Assembly: GCA_041577295.1 (NCBI GenBank)
Contig: JBFGJG010000059.1
Span: 1-23,522 of the forward strand
DNA: 23,522 nucleotides
Source: Gemmatimonadales bacterium
GTDB taxonomy: Bacteria; Gemmatimonadota; Gemmatimonadetes; Gemmatimonadales; GWC2-71-9
Direction: 5' to 3'
The translations under genes were made by a program, and so were the position numbers. Position 1 is the first letter of the stretch, and each line of letters begins with the position of its first letter. The notes beneath the pieces were generated by a model, which saw only the letters and a list, made by a program, of their open reading frames with translations, ran no database searches and had not been told where the DNA came from. This document shows positions 1-8,496 of this stretch, in pieces.

Positions 1-1224
1 AACAACAACCCGGTGACGGGGGAGGCGGCGAACCTGGCGCTGAGCGTGACGGGGGACAACGTGGCGACGCCGCCGCAGCCGACGGACAATGGGGATGGCA
101 CGTACACGACGAGCTACACGCCGACGAATGCGGGCAGTGACCAGGTGGCGATCACGCTGAGCGGGACGGCGATCAGCGGCAGTCCGTACACGAGCCTGGT
201 GAGTGCCTTGCCGCCGACCCAGTTGGGCTTCTTCGTGGAGCCGGTCAATACGACGGCTCGCACGACGATGCCAGCAGTCCAGGTAGAGATACAGAATGCG
301 CTCGGGATTCGGGTCGACACGGCCACCAATGACGTGACGCTCGAGATCGCGACCAACCCGGGCAGCATGATCATGCACGCAAGCGGCACCGGCTTCAAGG
401 TCTTCGAACTCGTGGATCATGTAACACCAGCTGTATTGCCGACCTTGCCTGGAACACCTGCTTCGCGGATCGAGGGTATGGCCTACGACCCGGCGGATGA
501 TATCATCTGGGCCTACGACGCAAGCGAGAACCTCCTTAGGGTGAATCCAGTTGACGGCACGAACACGGTTGTCGGTAACAGCATGGTCCTGGTAGGACCG
601 CTGGCATTCGAGGGTGCGAATGGCACGGGTCGACTCCTGGCGGCATCGAAGGGTGCGGCCGCGGGTCCGAGCACGTTATATGAGGTGAATCGCACCACGG
701 CGGCCGTGACGTCGGTTGGTGCCGTCACGATCGCCGGCGACAACATCGCACGCTACTTTGGCCTTGCAAATGATCCGACCACCGGCACGCTGTGGGGGTT
801 GGTGAGACTCAGCAGTGGTGGCCCCAACGATCGTGCTCTGATTACGATAAACGTCAGCACCCTTACTGCCACCTTCCAGGCGACGCTAGCGCAGCTGGAC
901 GTCGGTGGAATTACCTTCCTGCCCAGCGGCGAGATGCTTGCTGTTACAGACGATGCCTCAACCACCAATCCGGAACAGCTGTGGTCTGTCAACAAGTCGA
1001 CGGGCGCTATGACGTTTATCATCGCGCTCGGCAACGGCGACGCGGGTGAAGAGATCGTGCGGATCCCCGCCCGACTTTCCGGCACCCTGACGGTAGCGGC
1101 TGTCGGTGGCCTGGCAACCTTCAGTGATTTGGAAATAGATGGCCCCGCCAACGGATACGTGCTGAGGGCAACCGCTACCGGCCTCGCTGAAGCGCTGAGT
1201 ACTGCCTTCAATATTGTTCCGTAA
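1..1224 (+). CDS. C-terminal part (5'-truncated) of a large surface/secreted protein: filamin/invasin-type Ig repeat, then an Ig-like domain with an inserted beta-propeller
   Basis: Frame +1 is open from base 1 (NNNPVTGEAANL...), so GTG at 13 is probably not the start. TDNGDGTYTTSYTPTNAGSDQVAITLSGTAISGSPY resembles a filamin/Ig repeat. Blade-like repeats follow (GMAYDP..IWA, GLANDPTTGTLWG, GITFLPSGEMLA; L..VN..TG). The C-terminus reads LSGTLTVAAVGGLATFSDLEID..GYVLRATATGL...STAFNI. Confidence 0.8.
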   Translation, partial: NNNPVTGEAANLALSVTGDNVATPPQPTDNGDGTYTTSYTPTNAGSDQVAITLSGTAISGSPYTSLVSALPPTQLGFFVEPVNTTARTTMPAVQVEIQNALGIRVDTATNDVTLEIATNPGSMIMHASGTGFKVFELVDHVTPAVLPTLPGTPASRIEGMAYDPADDIIWAYDASENLLRVNPVDGTNTVVGNSMVLVGPLAFEGANGTGRLLAASKGAAAGPSTLYEVNRTTAAVTSVGAVTIAGDNIARYFGLANDPTTGTLWGLVRLSSGGPNDRALITINVSTLTATFQATLAQLDVGGITFLPSGEMLAVTDDASTTNPEQLWSVNKSTGAMTFIIALGNGDAGEEIVRIPARLSGTLTVAAVGGLATFSDLEIDGPANGYVLRATATGLAEALSTAFNIVP

Positions 1225-1474
1225 CTGCGTTGCCGCGGTAGACGACGGCCGACGTTGGTGCCAGGCTTGAGCTGCATTCTGTTTGACGAATTGGCAAGGT
1301 TACGTTTTCGGAAACGCAGCGCCGGACCTGGTGTAGGCCATGGACAGCGGGTTCGAATCAAGTGTGCCGTAGGCACAAGGTTGTGGCTTCCTGACCGCTC
1401 CCTGGCAAAGCTGCGAATCACCATGGAGACTGCTACGCGCCGGCTGGAAACTGCTGTGCTGGTGCGCTAATCTC

Positions 1475-1600
1475 ATGTGGCGACTGCGAGTCTGGCACTG
1501 TGCTAGTCTGGGCGTCGTGGCCGTTCTTGCTGCGCTGACCACCCTATTTGATGTGTTGGGTTCGATAAGTACGATCTGGGGTTCCTTGGACGGCAGATGA
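1475..1600 (+). CDS. Possible 41-aa small membrane peptide (MWRLRVWHCASLGVVAVLAALTTLFDVLGSISTIWGSLDGR)
   Basis: Translated by hand. Basic N-terminus plus a hydrophobic stretch; its TGA overlaps the ATG of the next gene (ATGA at 1597-1600). No clear RBS. Confidence 0.3.
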   Translation: MWRLRVWHCASLGVVAVLAALTTLFDVLGSISTIWGSLDGR

Positions 1601-2955
1601 AGCGCCCCACGGTTTTGCCGGTTGCTGCGGCAACCCTGGCGGTCGTCATGCTGATATGGTGGCCGTGGGAGTTCTCGATTCACGCAGCTCGAGGTGTCGC
1701 ACGTCGCACAGCTGGCCTGGGCGTGCCATTCTTGCCGGGAGTACGTGATTCGGTCACCAACGTGCTGGCCTTTATTCCGCTTGGACTTGTGTACCGTGGC
1801 CGGCCGTTCGCGGGCATATGGGGAGTTGGGCTGGTGGCGGCATCTGTGGCCGTTTGCATTGAGGCAGGAGAGATCTTTCTCCCGGCCCGGATTGTCTCGG
1901 CTTTCGATGTGTTCTTCAACACCGTCGGAGCATGCATTGGTGCTGTGCTTCCTACGCTGGGAAGCCGAATGCTCAGTGCCTTTGCCGGTACGTCGATGCC
2001 TCTTTGGGCCAGCTCTGTCTTGGCGATCGCGATTGTGACGCCTGCGTTTACCTGGTTACAGACGGAGTTTGCGTCGCTCGATGCTTGGTCTGCGGGGTAT
2101 CCACTACAGATAGGTAACGAAGCTACGGGGAACCGACTCTGGTGCGGCGAAGTCCTGTCGATGACGTGGCAGACCAAGGAACGCCTGTGGACGAGGGATG
2201 ACTTCTCCTTCGTGAAGGAAACATCACAGGTACCATCCGAAGACTGCGATGGCGTGTGGTTTAAGGCAGCTAATCCTCCACCGGGGTTGGTGCGACTTAT
2301 CCGCCAAAACGGGGAGGTCGGGCTCACTGTCCAAGCGCGCGCTCTCCAGGGTAGACAGTATGGTCCAGCGAGAATCGTGTCGCTGTCAGGTGATCCAGCG
2401 AGTCGCAACATTACGATTGCCCAAGGTGGGAACGGTTACGATCTGATCGTGAGGATCCGACGCCGGTGGGCGGGGGCAAATGGGACAAGACCGCATTATC
2501 GGCTTCCAGACGTCTTCTTGCCTGGCCAGCCAGTTTGGATCACAGTGGAGGCAAACTCGGATTCGACGAGGATAAGCGCGGGCGGCCAGCGGTTAATCGA
2601 CCGACACGACGTCAGTCGTCAGTGGTGGATTCTTCTGCTCGGCGACTACGAATGGCGCGCTAACTCTGTCGGAGTAGCCTCCGCCTTTGCCTTCTGGGTG
2701 ATACTGCTGCTACCGTTCAGCAGTCTGATTGGGGCAGCTTCGGCTGGCAGGAGAGAGGGAATCGGTGAAACAATGGCGACAGGCGTCCTGACCGGGGTTG
2801 CCTGTTGGGGGAGTCTCCGTGTAACGGGTGTGTACATTGGGTGGGAGTCGGTGCTATTGATGCCTCTCGCGGTATTGACTGTCGCGATCGTGTCACGCCG
2901 ATCCGTGCGATCAGCTGCCCGGTGCCGCAGCACCATTAGGAAGCACTCGGTATAG
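1597..2955 (+). CDS. VanZ-like membrane protein with an extracytoplasmic LamG/concanavalin-like domain
   Basis: VanZ-type motifs DSVTNVLAFIPLG, IEAGEIFLPARIVSAFDVFFNTVGACIG. Soluble region has YPLQIGNEATGNRLWCG and GPARIVSLSGDPASRNITIAQ..LIVRIRR, as in VanZ-LamG fusions. C-terminal TM helices. Confidence 0.75.
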   Translation: MKRPTVLPVAAATLAVVMLIWWPWEFSIHAARGVARRTAGLGVPFLPGVRDSVTNVLAFIPLGLVYRGRPFAGIWGVGLVAASVAVCIEAGEIFLPARIVSAFDVFFNTVGACIGAVLPTLGSRMLSAFAGTSMPLWASSVLAIAIVTPAFTWLQTEFASLDAWSAGYPLQIGNEATGNRLWCGEVLSMTWQTKERLWTRDDFSFVKETSQVPSEDCDGVWFKAANPPPGLVRLIRQNGEVGLTVQARALQGRQYGPARIVSLSGDPASRNITIAQGGNGYDLIVRIRRRWAGANGTRPHYRLPDVFLPGQPVWITVEANSDSTRISAGGQRLIDRHDVSRQWWILLLGDYEWRANSVGVASAFAFWVILLLPFSSLIGAASAGRREGIGETMATGVLTGVACWGSLRVTGVYIGWESVLLMPLAVLTVAIVSRRSVRSAARCRSTIRKHSV

Positions 2956-3144
2956 CGAGCGGCCGATAAGGTACGCCGAGGTCAGAAGGCATCGTCACAT
3001 GCTCCGCTACGCTTGTCTCAGTTGCTTCTTCATTTCCCGGTGCTGAACTCCCCTGCGAGACTCTTCCTCGTGGGATGAGTACCCTGCGACGTCCGCTGCC
3101 AAGCGTGCTTCAGGGCACCAACACCTGCGCCGCGGCGGCCGCGG

Positions 3145-3523
3145 CTACGGAAATTTCGTGACGGTCCCGAGAGTTGGATTAGGCCGCCAAACAAGGTGAA
3201 TGTGATCTTGAGCGTCAGGAATGACCATGCCAGGGCAAGGGCATTCTCGGCATTCAGACCAAGGCGGCGCCAAGGGTATTCAACACGTTCTCTCGCAGTC
3301 AGATGCCGTTGATGGTGATCGGGATCATGCTGATCCCGCTGACAATCGGTACCAGGACCGTGAGTTCCCTGAACGAGAGACCGATGCCCAGCGCCACCGA
3401 TAGGAGCCAGTACTGAGCGATGATGCAGAACTGCATGCCGAGTGCCAGCAGGACCCAAACAAGCAAGGGTCGCCATCGTCCTTCCTACACCTTCAGCGCA
3501 CGATAGACTGCGGCAGCCCAATC
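3145..3523 (-). pseudogene. Decayed 3' fragment of a paralog of the adjacent flippase-like gene
   Basis: Aligns with 3868..4248: DWAAAVYRALKV*EGRWRPLL...QYWLLSVALGIGLS...LVPIVSGISMIPITINGI*LRENVLNTLG/(frameshift)/GLNAENALALAWSFLTLKI...FGGLIQLSGP. In-frame stops at 3485-3487 (TAG) and 3299-3301 (TGA), frameshift near 3260-3270, no recognisable 5' half. Confidence 0.85.
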
Positions 3524-3867
3524 GGTCGGATACTCGTTGGCGCGACCTGTAGTGGGACACAAGGTCACTAGCGCCGCGCGGCTAGCGGGGGCGCCCGAGC
3601 CGTCGCTGTACGGGCGGCCGCTGGGTGGGACGGTCTGGGGCGGTACAGTGGGATGGTGTGCGACCCAAGAGTGCAGCATTGGTGTCAGGAAGGGCGCCGC
3701 TTCCTGAGCAATGCCTTCCGGTCGATCATCCACCAGCCACTGGTCCAATGAGGCCTCGCGGTGAAAGAACTTCTTGTCCGCTGTAGTCCAGGCGACACTC
3801 CTGACCACGGCAGCCGGGATTCTGACCGATGGCTGGATCCCTTGTGACAGGCGCACCGCAGCGTCAC

Positions 3868-4923
3868 TCACAGCGACTTCCGCTGCGGTCCCACCAGTTG
3901 GATCAGCCCGCCAAACGCCGCAAGCATGATCTTGAGTGCCAAGAAGGACCAGGCTAGTGCGATAGCATTTTCCGGGTTCAGTCCGAATGACACGCCAAGG
4001 GTATTCAACGCGTTCTCTCTCAGTCCGATGCCATTGATTGTGATCGGGATCATGCTGATCATGCTGACAATCGGCACGAGGACTGCGAGCTCCCAAACTG
4101 ACAGACCGATGCCAAGCGCCGCCGACAGAAGCCAGTACTCCACAATGATGTTCAGCTGCATGCAGAGTGACAGGAGGAACGCCCCAAAAAGCGGTCGTCG
4201 CTTCCCTTGATAGGCTTTCAGTGCGCGGTAGATTGTGGCAGCCCGGTCACGAGCCCTGGCGAGCAGAGAGACCGAGAATATGCGGCGGCCAATGGATCGG
4301 GCCGGAAGATGTGGTAGCAGTGCTACTCCGATCGTGCCGATGCCCGCAATGATGAGAATGACCCACAGTCCGGGCACCTGTTGGGCTATCGCTGGGCTCA
4401 GGAGAGCTGCGAGGAGCCCCGTCGCGAGGATTCCTACCATCCCCACGATCCGGTCAACGCCGACGACCGTCAGATTCACTAGCGTTCGTCGTTCGGCAGC
4501 CAGCCCGTCGCGGCGTGTAGTGGCAGTCACAGTGCTGACCCAGTAGATGCGCGCCACGTCACCGCCAATGGTCGACGGAAGCATCTGATTGTAAAATGTG
4601 CCAACGAGATTCGCCTTGCACAGTTCAATCGTTGGTGCGCGTATCCCCTGTGTTTCTAGGAGTACCTTCCATCTCCATGCCCCGATTACCACGCCGATAC
4701 CGGGCATGATTGCGGCTATGAGTAGGAGCGGCCAGTTCTCAACTGCACGACCCAACAGCCTGAGTATTGCCGCCGCCTCCACGTTGCGCAGCAGGAGCCA
4801 CAGCAGCGTGGCGCTTGCAAGAGCTCGAAGTGGGCCTGATAGCCACGACCGCTTGGACTTGGTCAACCCCCCCTGATGTGTGTGGGCGTTGGTGTCCGTC
4901 GCCCCGTTCCTGTCGGCTCTCAT
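3868..4923 (-). CDS. Lysylphosphatidylglycerol-synthase TM domain / UPF0104 (YbhN, flippase-like) membrane protein
   Basis: Family motifs AWRWKVLL, FYNQMLPSTIGGDVAR, VDRIVG, IPITINGIGLRE; multiple hydrophobic helices. Exact start uncertain. Confidence 0.85.
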   Translation of the reverse strand: MRADRNGATDTNAHTHQGGLTKSKRSWLSGPLRALASATLLWLLLRNVEAAAILRLLGRAVENWPLLLIAAIMPGIGVVIGAWRWKVLLETQGIRAPTIELCKANLVGTFYNQMLPSTIGGDVARIYWVSTVTATTRRDGLAAERRTLVNLTVVGVDRIVGMVGILATGLLAALLSPAIAQQVPGLWVILIIAGIGTIGVALLPHLPARSIGRRIFSVSLLARARDRAATIYRALKAYQGKRRPLFGAFLLSLCMQLNIIVEYWLLSAALGIGLSVWELAVLVPIVSMISMIPITINGIGLRENALNTLGVSFGLNPENAIALAWSFLALKIMLAAFGGLIQLVGPQRKSL

Positions 4924-5053
4924 GGCGTGCCGTCGGGACGTCGAGCGTGGAGTTGTCTAGATCGTTGGTGGGGGAAGCCGGACACAGAGCCGCATATGCG
5001 GCTGCACGAGTAAGTGCTCGCTCGTGGCAGGAGACCCGACCGCACCGAGTCCC

Positions 5054-6184
5054 TCAGGTCCACTTTCGAAGCACTCGCGCGAGCGGGACCCTTGCCTTGT
5101 CAGCGACCCACAGAACGGGTGGTAGTACTCTCACGAGCCTACGCTTGATCCCGACTCGGGAGAACAATGCGCCACCGCGTCTCAGGAGTATCTCACGTCG
5201 CACGCGTGTCGGTGTGAGCGAGCGTGAGTCCGAGGCAGCGAGGTCGTACCCCGTTCGCTGTAGAGCGCGGCCAGCGATGGCCTCGAACAACGTGATGTCC
5301 TCTCCTGCCACATGTGGCCGCCACTTGCCGACATTGTCTACCTCGACGCCCGCCGCGACCTTCGACATATGCTTGTGCTTGGCGATGAACGAAAACCATT
5401 CGAGGGACGACTGCTGGCCGTCTTGTTCGCTAGGGGTCATCCCGAGGAGTGCACCGATCTCCTGCAGGGTCGAAGTCGTGTCTTTAGTGAAGTCCTCATA
5501 CTTGACCCGCAGCGTACGTTCTGGATGCCGCTGCTCCCAGTCCAGGCCGAACTCCACGTGACGCGCCCATAGCCAGGCAGCAAGAGGCCAACTCTTCGGT
5601 CCGAACCACGTGCGCATCCACGAGAGGGCGACATCCCGACCGTCACGCACGATGTGTATGAAGCGTGCACCTGGAATGGCATCGGCCAGGCGGTCCCACG
5701 GGAACGGCGTGAAGTACGCCGTCTTCTCCACGACAATGGATCCATGGTGGATGTCACGATATTCCTGAAAGAGGGCCGACACTAGATCAGGATAGGTGCG
5801 CGTGTCCCTTGCGAGCCTATCCGCTGATGGCGCGGTAGCGAGCAGGGTGTACGGCCGCATCGCCTCCACGGCCGTGCGGGTGCCGGTGATCCGCAGCTCC
5901 GTGAACGCATATATGGCTCTAAGTAGAGATCTGCGTCCCGAGCAGGTCGTGAGATTCCCCCACAAGAAGGTGTAGGGTGCGAACAACGGAATGAAGTGCG
6001 TTTCGGGCAGTACGGCGGCGTTGAACCGCGTCGCGAGCAACCTCTGCAGGAGCGAGGTTCCCGAACGAGGACAGCCGTTGATGACGATGACTGGCGGAGG
6101 CGGAGAGAGCGGGGGGCCTGTCGCGGCTTCGAAGGACTTAGCTGTGCCCTCGTCTGGCATAGGAACGGAGCCCGGTGTCTGCAT
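5054..6184 (-). CDS. PAPS-dependent sulfotransferase (Sulfotransfer_3-like)
   Basis: 5'-PSB loop GCPRSGTSLL, PETHF, EKT, 3'-PB motif IHIVRDGRDVALS, VKYED, VGKWR. Confidence 0.9.
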   Translation of the reverse strand: MQTPGSVPMPDEGTAKSFEAATGPPLSPPPPVIVINGCPRSGTSLLQRLLATRFNAAVLPETHFIPLFAPYTFLWGNLTTCSGRRSLLRAIYAFTELRITGTRTAVEAMRPYTLLATAPSADRLARDTRTYPDLVSALFQEYRDIHHGSIVVEKTAYFTPFPWDRLADAIPGARFIHIVRDGRDVALSWMRTWFGPKSWPLAAWLWARHVEFGLDWEQRHPERTLRVKYEDFTKDTTSTLQEIGALLGMTPSEQDGQQSSLEWFSFIAKHKHMSKVAAGVEVDNVGKWRPHVAGEDITLFEAIAGRALQRTGYDLAASDSRSLTPTRVRREILLRRGGALFSRVGIKRRLVRVLPPVLWVADKARVPLARVLRKWT

Positions 6185-6244
6185 GCGGCTTCAATGAGCG
6201 CCCACGTCAAGTGTGGGGTCTAGCGAACTGAGCGGCCGATAGTC

Positions 6245-6263
6245 GCGTGATGGAAAATCACGC
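6245..6263. promoter_or_regulatory. Dyad GCGTGAT-N5-ATCACGC upstream of the sulfotransferase (possible operator or hairpin)
   Basis: Perfect 7-bp inverted repeat in the 227-bp gap between carbamoyltransferase and sulfotransferase; only one copy seen. Confidence 0.25.
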
Positions 6264-6411
6264 TCCACAGGCATTCAGGTGAAGCCGAACCGCTCCCCAC
6301 CCGGCGCCTGCGGTGCACGGTGCGCTCACCGGTGTTCGCACCTCTCCATCGCTCCTTCCCGACGGTCCGACCGAAGCACGGCGGGAGAAGCCGCACGATG
6401 GTGCGCATCGC

Positions 6412-8181
6412 TTACGCAGGGACAACCGGCTTGAGCTCGTGCGAAAGCCCTGAAGGGTGTTTGACCAAGTACGGCCCGATGGCAAGGTAGTCCAGCTTGC
6501 CGTCGAGAAAAGCTCGGACGCAATCATCTGCACTGCACACGATGGGCTCTTCATGCATGTTGAAACTCGTGTTGATGATTGACGGGAGCCCAGTGCGCCG
6601 ATGAAATGCCTCGAGAATGCGATAGTAGGACTCGTTTCTTTCTCGCCGAACGAGATGCGGCCGTGCTGTTTCGTCCAGGTGCACCACACCTTTCATGCGC
6701 TCGCGCATCCACGGCCTGCAGTGGAACGTGATCGTCATGAATTCAGCGGTGTGAGCAGCTCCCTCGACGTCCTCAAAGCACTGTGCCCGATGCTCGTGTA
6801 TGGTTGACGGCGCAAAGGGCATGAACTCGGTGCGGCGCAAGTTGTGGTTGAGCCAGTCGTTGACATCTCGATCCGTCGGATGGTACAGGATCGAGCGATT
6901 CCCAAGTGCACGAGGGCCGTACTCCATCCGACCGTTGGCTCTCGCAACAACGTAGCCCTGCACCAGGAGATCGGCTATCCGTTCCTCCAGAGTACCATCG
7001 AGGGGTTCTGGCCGGAGACCCGCGTTTCTGAGAGCTTCATCGATCTCGCCGATTGACATATCCGATCCCAGATAGACCGACTCGAGCGGTTCAGGGTCCC
7101 GCGGCATTTGTACGTCGAGCACACCCGGCACACAGGCGGCAAGCGCAGCACCCCCGCCCAGTCCGCCGTCGCTCATGTGAGGATGGACGAACACGCGATC
7201 GACTTCCGGCAGCGAATAGACTTCTTCATTGACACGTACGTTCGCGAAGACTCCACCAGCGAGGGCAAGGTTTCGAAGTCCGGTGTGTCGTGCCCAGTGG
7301 GTTACGAATCGTCGTGTCAGTTCCTCGAAGTGAATCTGGATGCTCGAAGCCAGGTCCTCCCGTGTCCACCGGGAGGGTAGTCTGCGCTCGATTTCCTTGA
7401 TCGCGGCGCGAAACGCTAGCCCACCGCGATTCCAAAAGGTGCCACCTTCCTCCTCAATCAGCTCTTGAAGGAGAGGCAAATACTTGGGCTCACCGCTGGC
7501 GGCCAAGCCAGTGATCTTGCCCTCATGCTTCATCGCTTTGAACCCACAGATGTGGGTGATGTACGCGTAGTAGTTACCCAGCGAATTGTAGGCGGAGACC
7601 TCGTGGAGGTATTCGAATTGGCCGTTACGGACCGCATACACCAGGGCGCTCTTTCCATCGCCACCTCCGTCCACCGAGACAACCAACGCATCCTTGAACC
7701 CACTGGTGAAGTAGGCCGATGTCACGTGGGCGAAGTGGTGGTCGACGAACTTGATTGGGCACCGAGCGCCAAATTCTCGGCGGAGGATCCGGGTGATCAT
7801 ACGCCGTCGATGCCAGAAACTCGGTGCCAATAGCGTGTAGTACCCGGTCTCCAAGATCGGCAAGCGGTCTCGATAGCGCGCGAAACCACCGGCGATCTGC
7901 TTGATGAATCCACCGGCCCCGTTGGGTGACTCCTGAAACCACCCGTCGAAGGGCTGCAGTTCGTTGTAGAAGAGATCGCGGGTGGAGGCTACAAGGATCG
8001 CATCGAGGTCCGATATCGTCGTGTTCGAGAGCCTCAGTACCTCCCGGATCGAGTCCCTCGGGAAGCCGTACACCAACTTCATTCGGCTAAGACGCTCTTC
8101 GTTGATTGCGGCGAGAAGGCGACCGTCCTCAACGATGGCGGCCCCACTGTCGCCCTCGGCTCCGAGACCCAATACCCTCAC
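6412..8181 (-). CDS. Carbamoyltransferase, NodU/CmcH/TobZ family
   Basis: EERLSRMK, HHFAH, DGGGD, EGKITGLA, AGGVFANV, MEYGPRALGNRS, FMPFAP, INTSFNMHEEPIV. GTG start preceded by GGAGAG. Confidence 0.95.
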   Translation of the reverse strand: MRVLGLGAEGDSGAAIVEDGRLLAAINEERLSRMKLVYGFPRDSIREVLRLSNTTISDLDAILVASTRDLFYNELQPFDGWFQESPNGAGGFIKQIAGGFARYRDRLPILETGYYTLLAPSFWHRRRMITRILRREFGARCPIKFVDHHFAHVTSAYFTSGFKDALVVSVDGGGDGKSALVYAVRNGQFEYLHEVSAYNSLGNYYAYITHICGFKAMKHEGKITGLAASGEPKYLPLLQELIEEEGGTFWNRGGLAFRAAIKEIERRLPSRWTREDLASSIQIHFEELTRRFVTHWARHTGLRNLALAGGVFANVRVNEEVYSLPEVDRVFVHPHMSDGGLGGGAALAACVPGVLDVQMPRDPEPLESVYLGSDMSIGEIDEALRNAGLRPEPLDGTLEERIADLLVQGYVVARANGRMEYGPRALGNRSILYHPTDRDVNDWLNHNLRRTEFMPFAPSTIHEHRAQCFEDVEGAAHTAEFMTITFHCRPWMRERMKGVVHLDETARPHLVRRERNESYYRILEAFHRRTGLPSIINTSFNMHEEPIVCSADDCVRAFLDGKLDYLAIGPYLVKHPSGLSHELKPVVPA

Positions 8182-8301
8182 TGGCTACTCTCCAATCCAA
8201 CTAGCAGGCGCACGACGTGTCCAGCGACCCGACCTCCGCCGGGGGTCCTCATGCCGCGTGCACGATTCGTAGACTGTTGCATCCGTTGATCTCATCCGTT
8301 C

Positions 8302-8317
8302 CGCAAAGCGGATGCCA
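8302..8317 (-). promoter_or_regulatory. Sigma-54 (RpoN) -24/-12 promoter for the carbamoyltransferase
   Basis: Minus strand TGGCATCCGCTTTGCG matches TGGCAC-N5-TTGCW with exact GG-N10-GC spacing, about 120 bp upstream of the GTG start. Confidence 0.7.
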
Positions 8318-8407
8318 CGAAGAGACCAGAGTAACTCGTTCATCAAGAACAAGATAGCCTGTCGCGCTTCAGACATTCTCCGATGCCCGGCACCGTGAGC
8401 CGCCGTA

Positions 8408-8425
8408 TGTTGCACATCTGCAACA
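8408..8425. promoter_or_regulatory. Dyad TGTTGC-N6-RCAACA copy 1 (putative enhancer/UAS)
   Basis: TGTTGCACATCTGCAACA with 7-bp perfect arms, about 90 bp upstream of the sigma-54 site at 8302-8317. Confidence 0.75.
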
Positions 8426-8467
8426 GTCAATACCTCGACTGGGCGCGCGACGTGGGGCTCTAGCTCG

Positions 8468-8483
8468 CCGAGGGAAGCCTCGG
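8468..8483 (-). terminator. GC-rich hairpin just after the asnB stop (possible terminator or pause site)
   Basis: CCGAGG-CTTC-CCTCGG on the minus strand, 13 nt past the stop; no U-tract. Confidence 0.3.
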
Positions 8484-8496
8484 GCCGGACAGGGTG

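Noticed and set aside
3030..4096. ORFs 3030..3560 and 3485..4096
   Set aside because: They are off-frame readings of the pseudogene and the intact flippase-like gene; their shared QHDPDH and ERVEYPWR text just reflects the duplication.
3145..4248. Repeat pair as a DGR template/variable repeat
   Set aside because: Differences are not adenine-specific, there is no reverse transcriptase, and the target is a membrane protein.
5054..8181. Nod-factor biosynthesis genes
   Set aside because: No NodA/B/C, and the sulfotransferase is not recognisably NodH-type; the similarity is only in the kinds of decoration.
8185..8430. 81-aa minus-strand ORF before the carbamoyltransferase (possible precursor peptide or SxtJ/DUF5989-like partner)
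   Set aside because: It overlaps the dyad and the sigma-54 promoter, starts with TTG, and lacks the hydrophobic pattern of those partners. The region is better explained as regulatory DNA.
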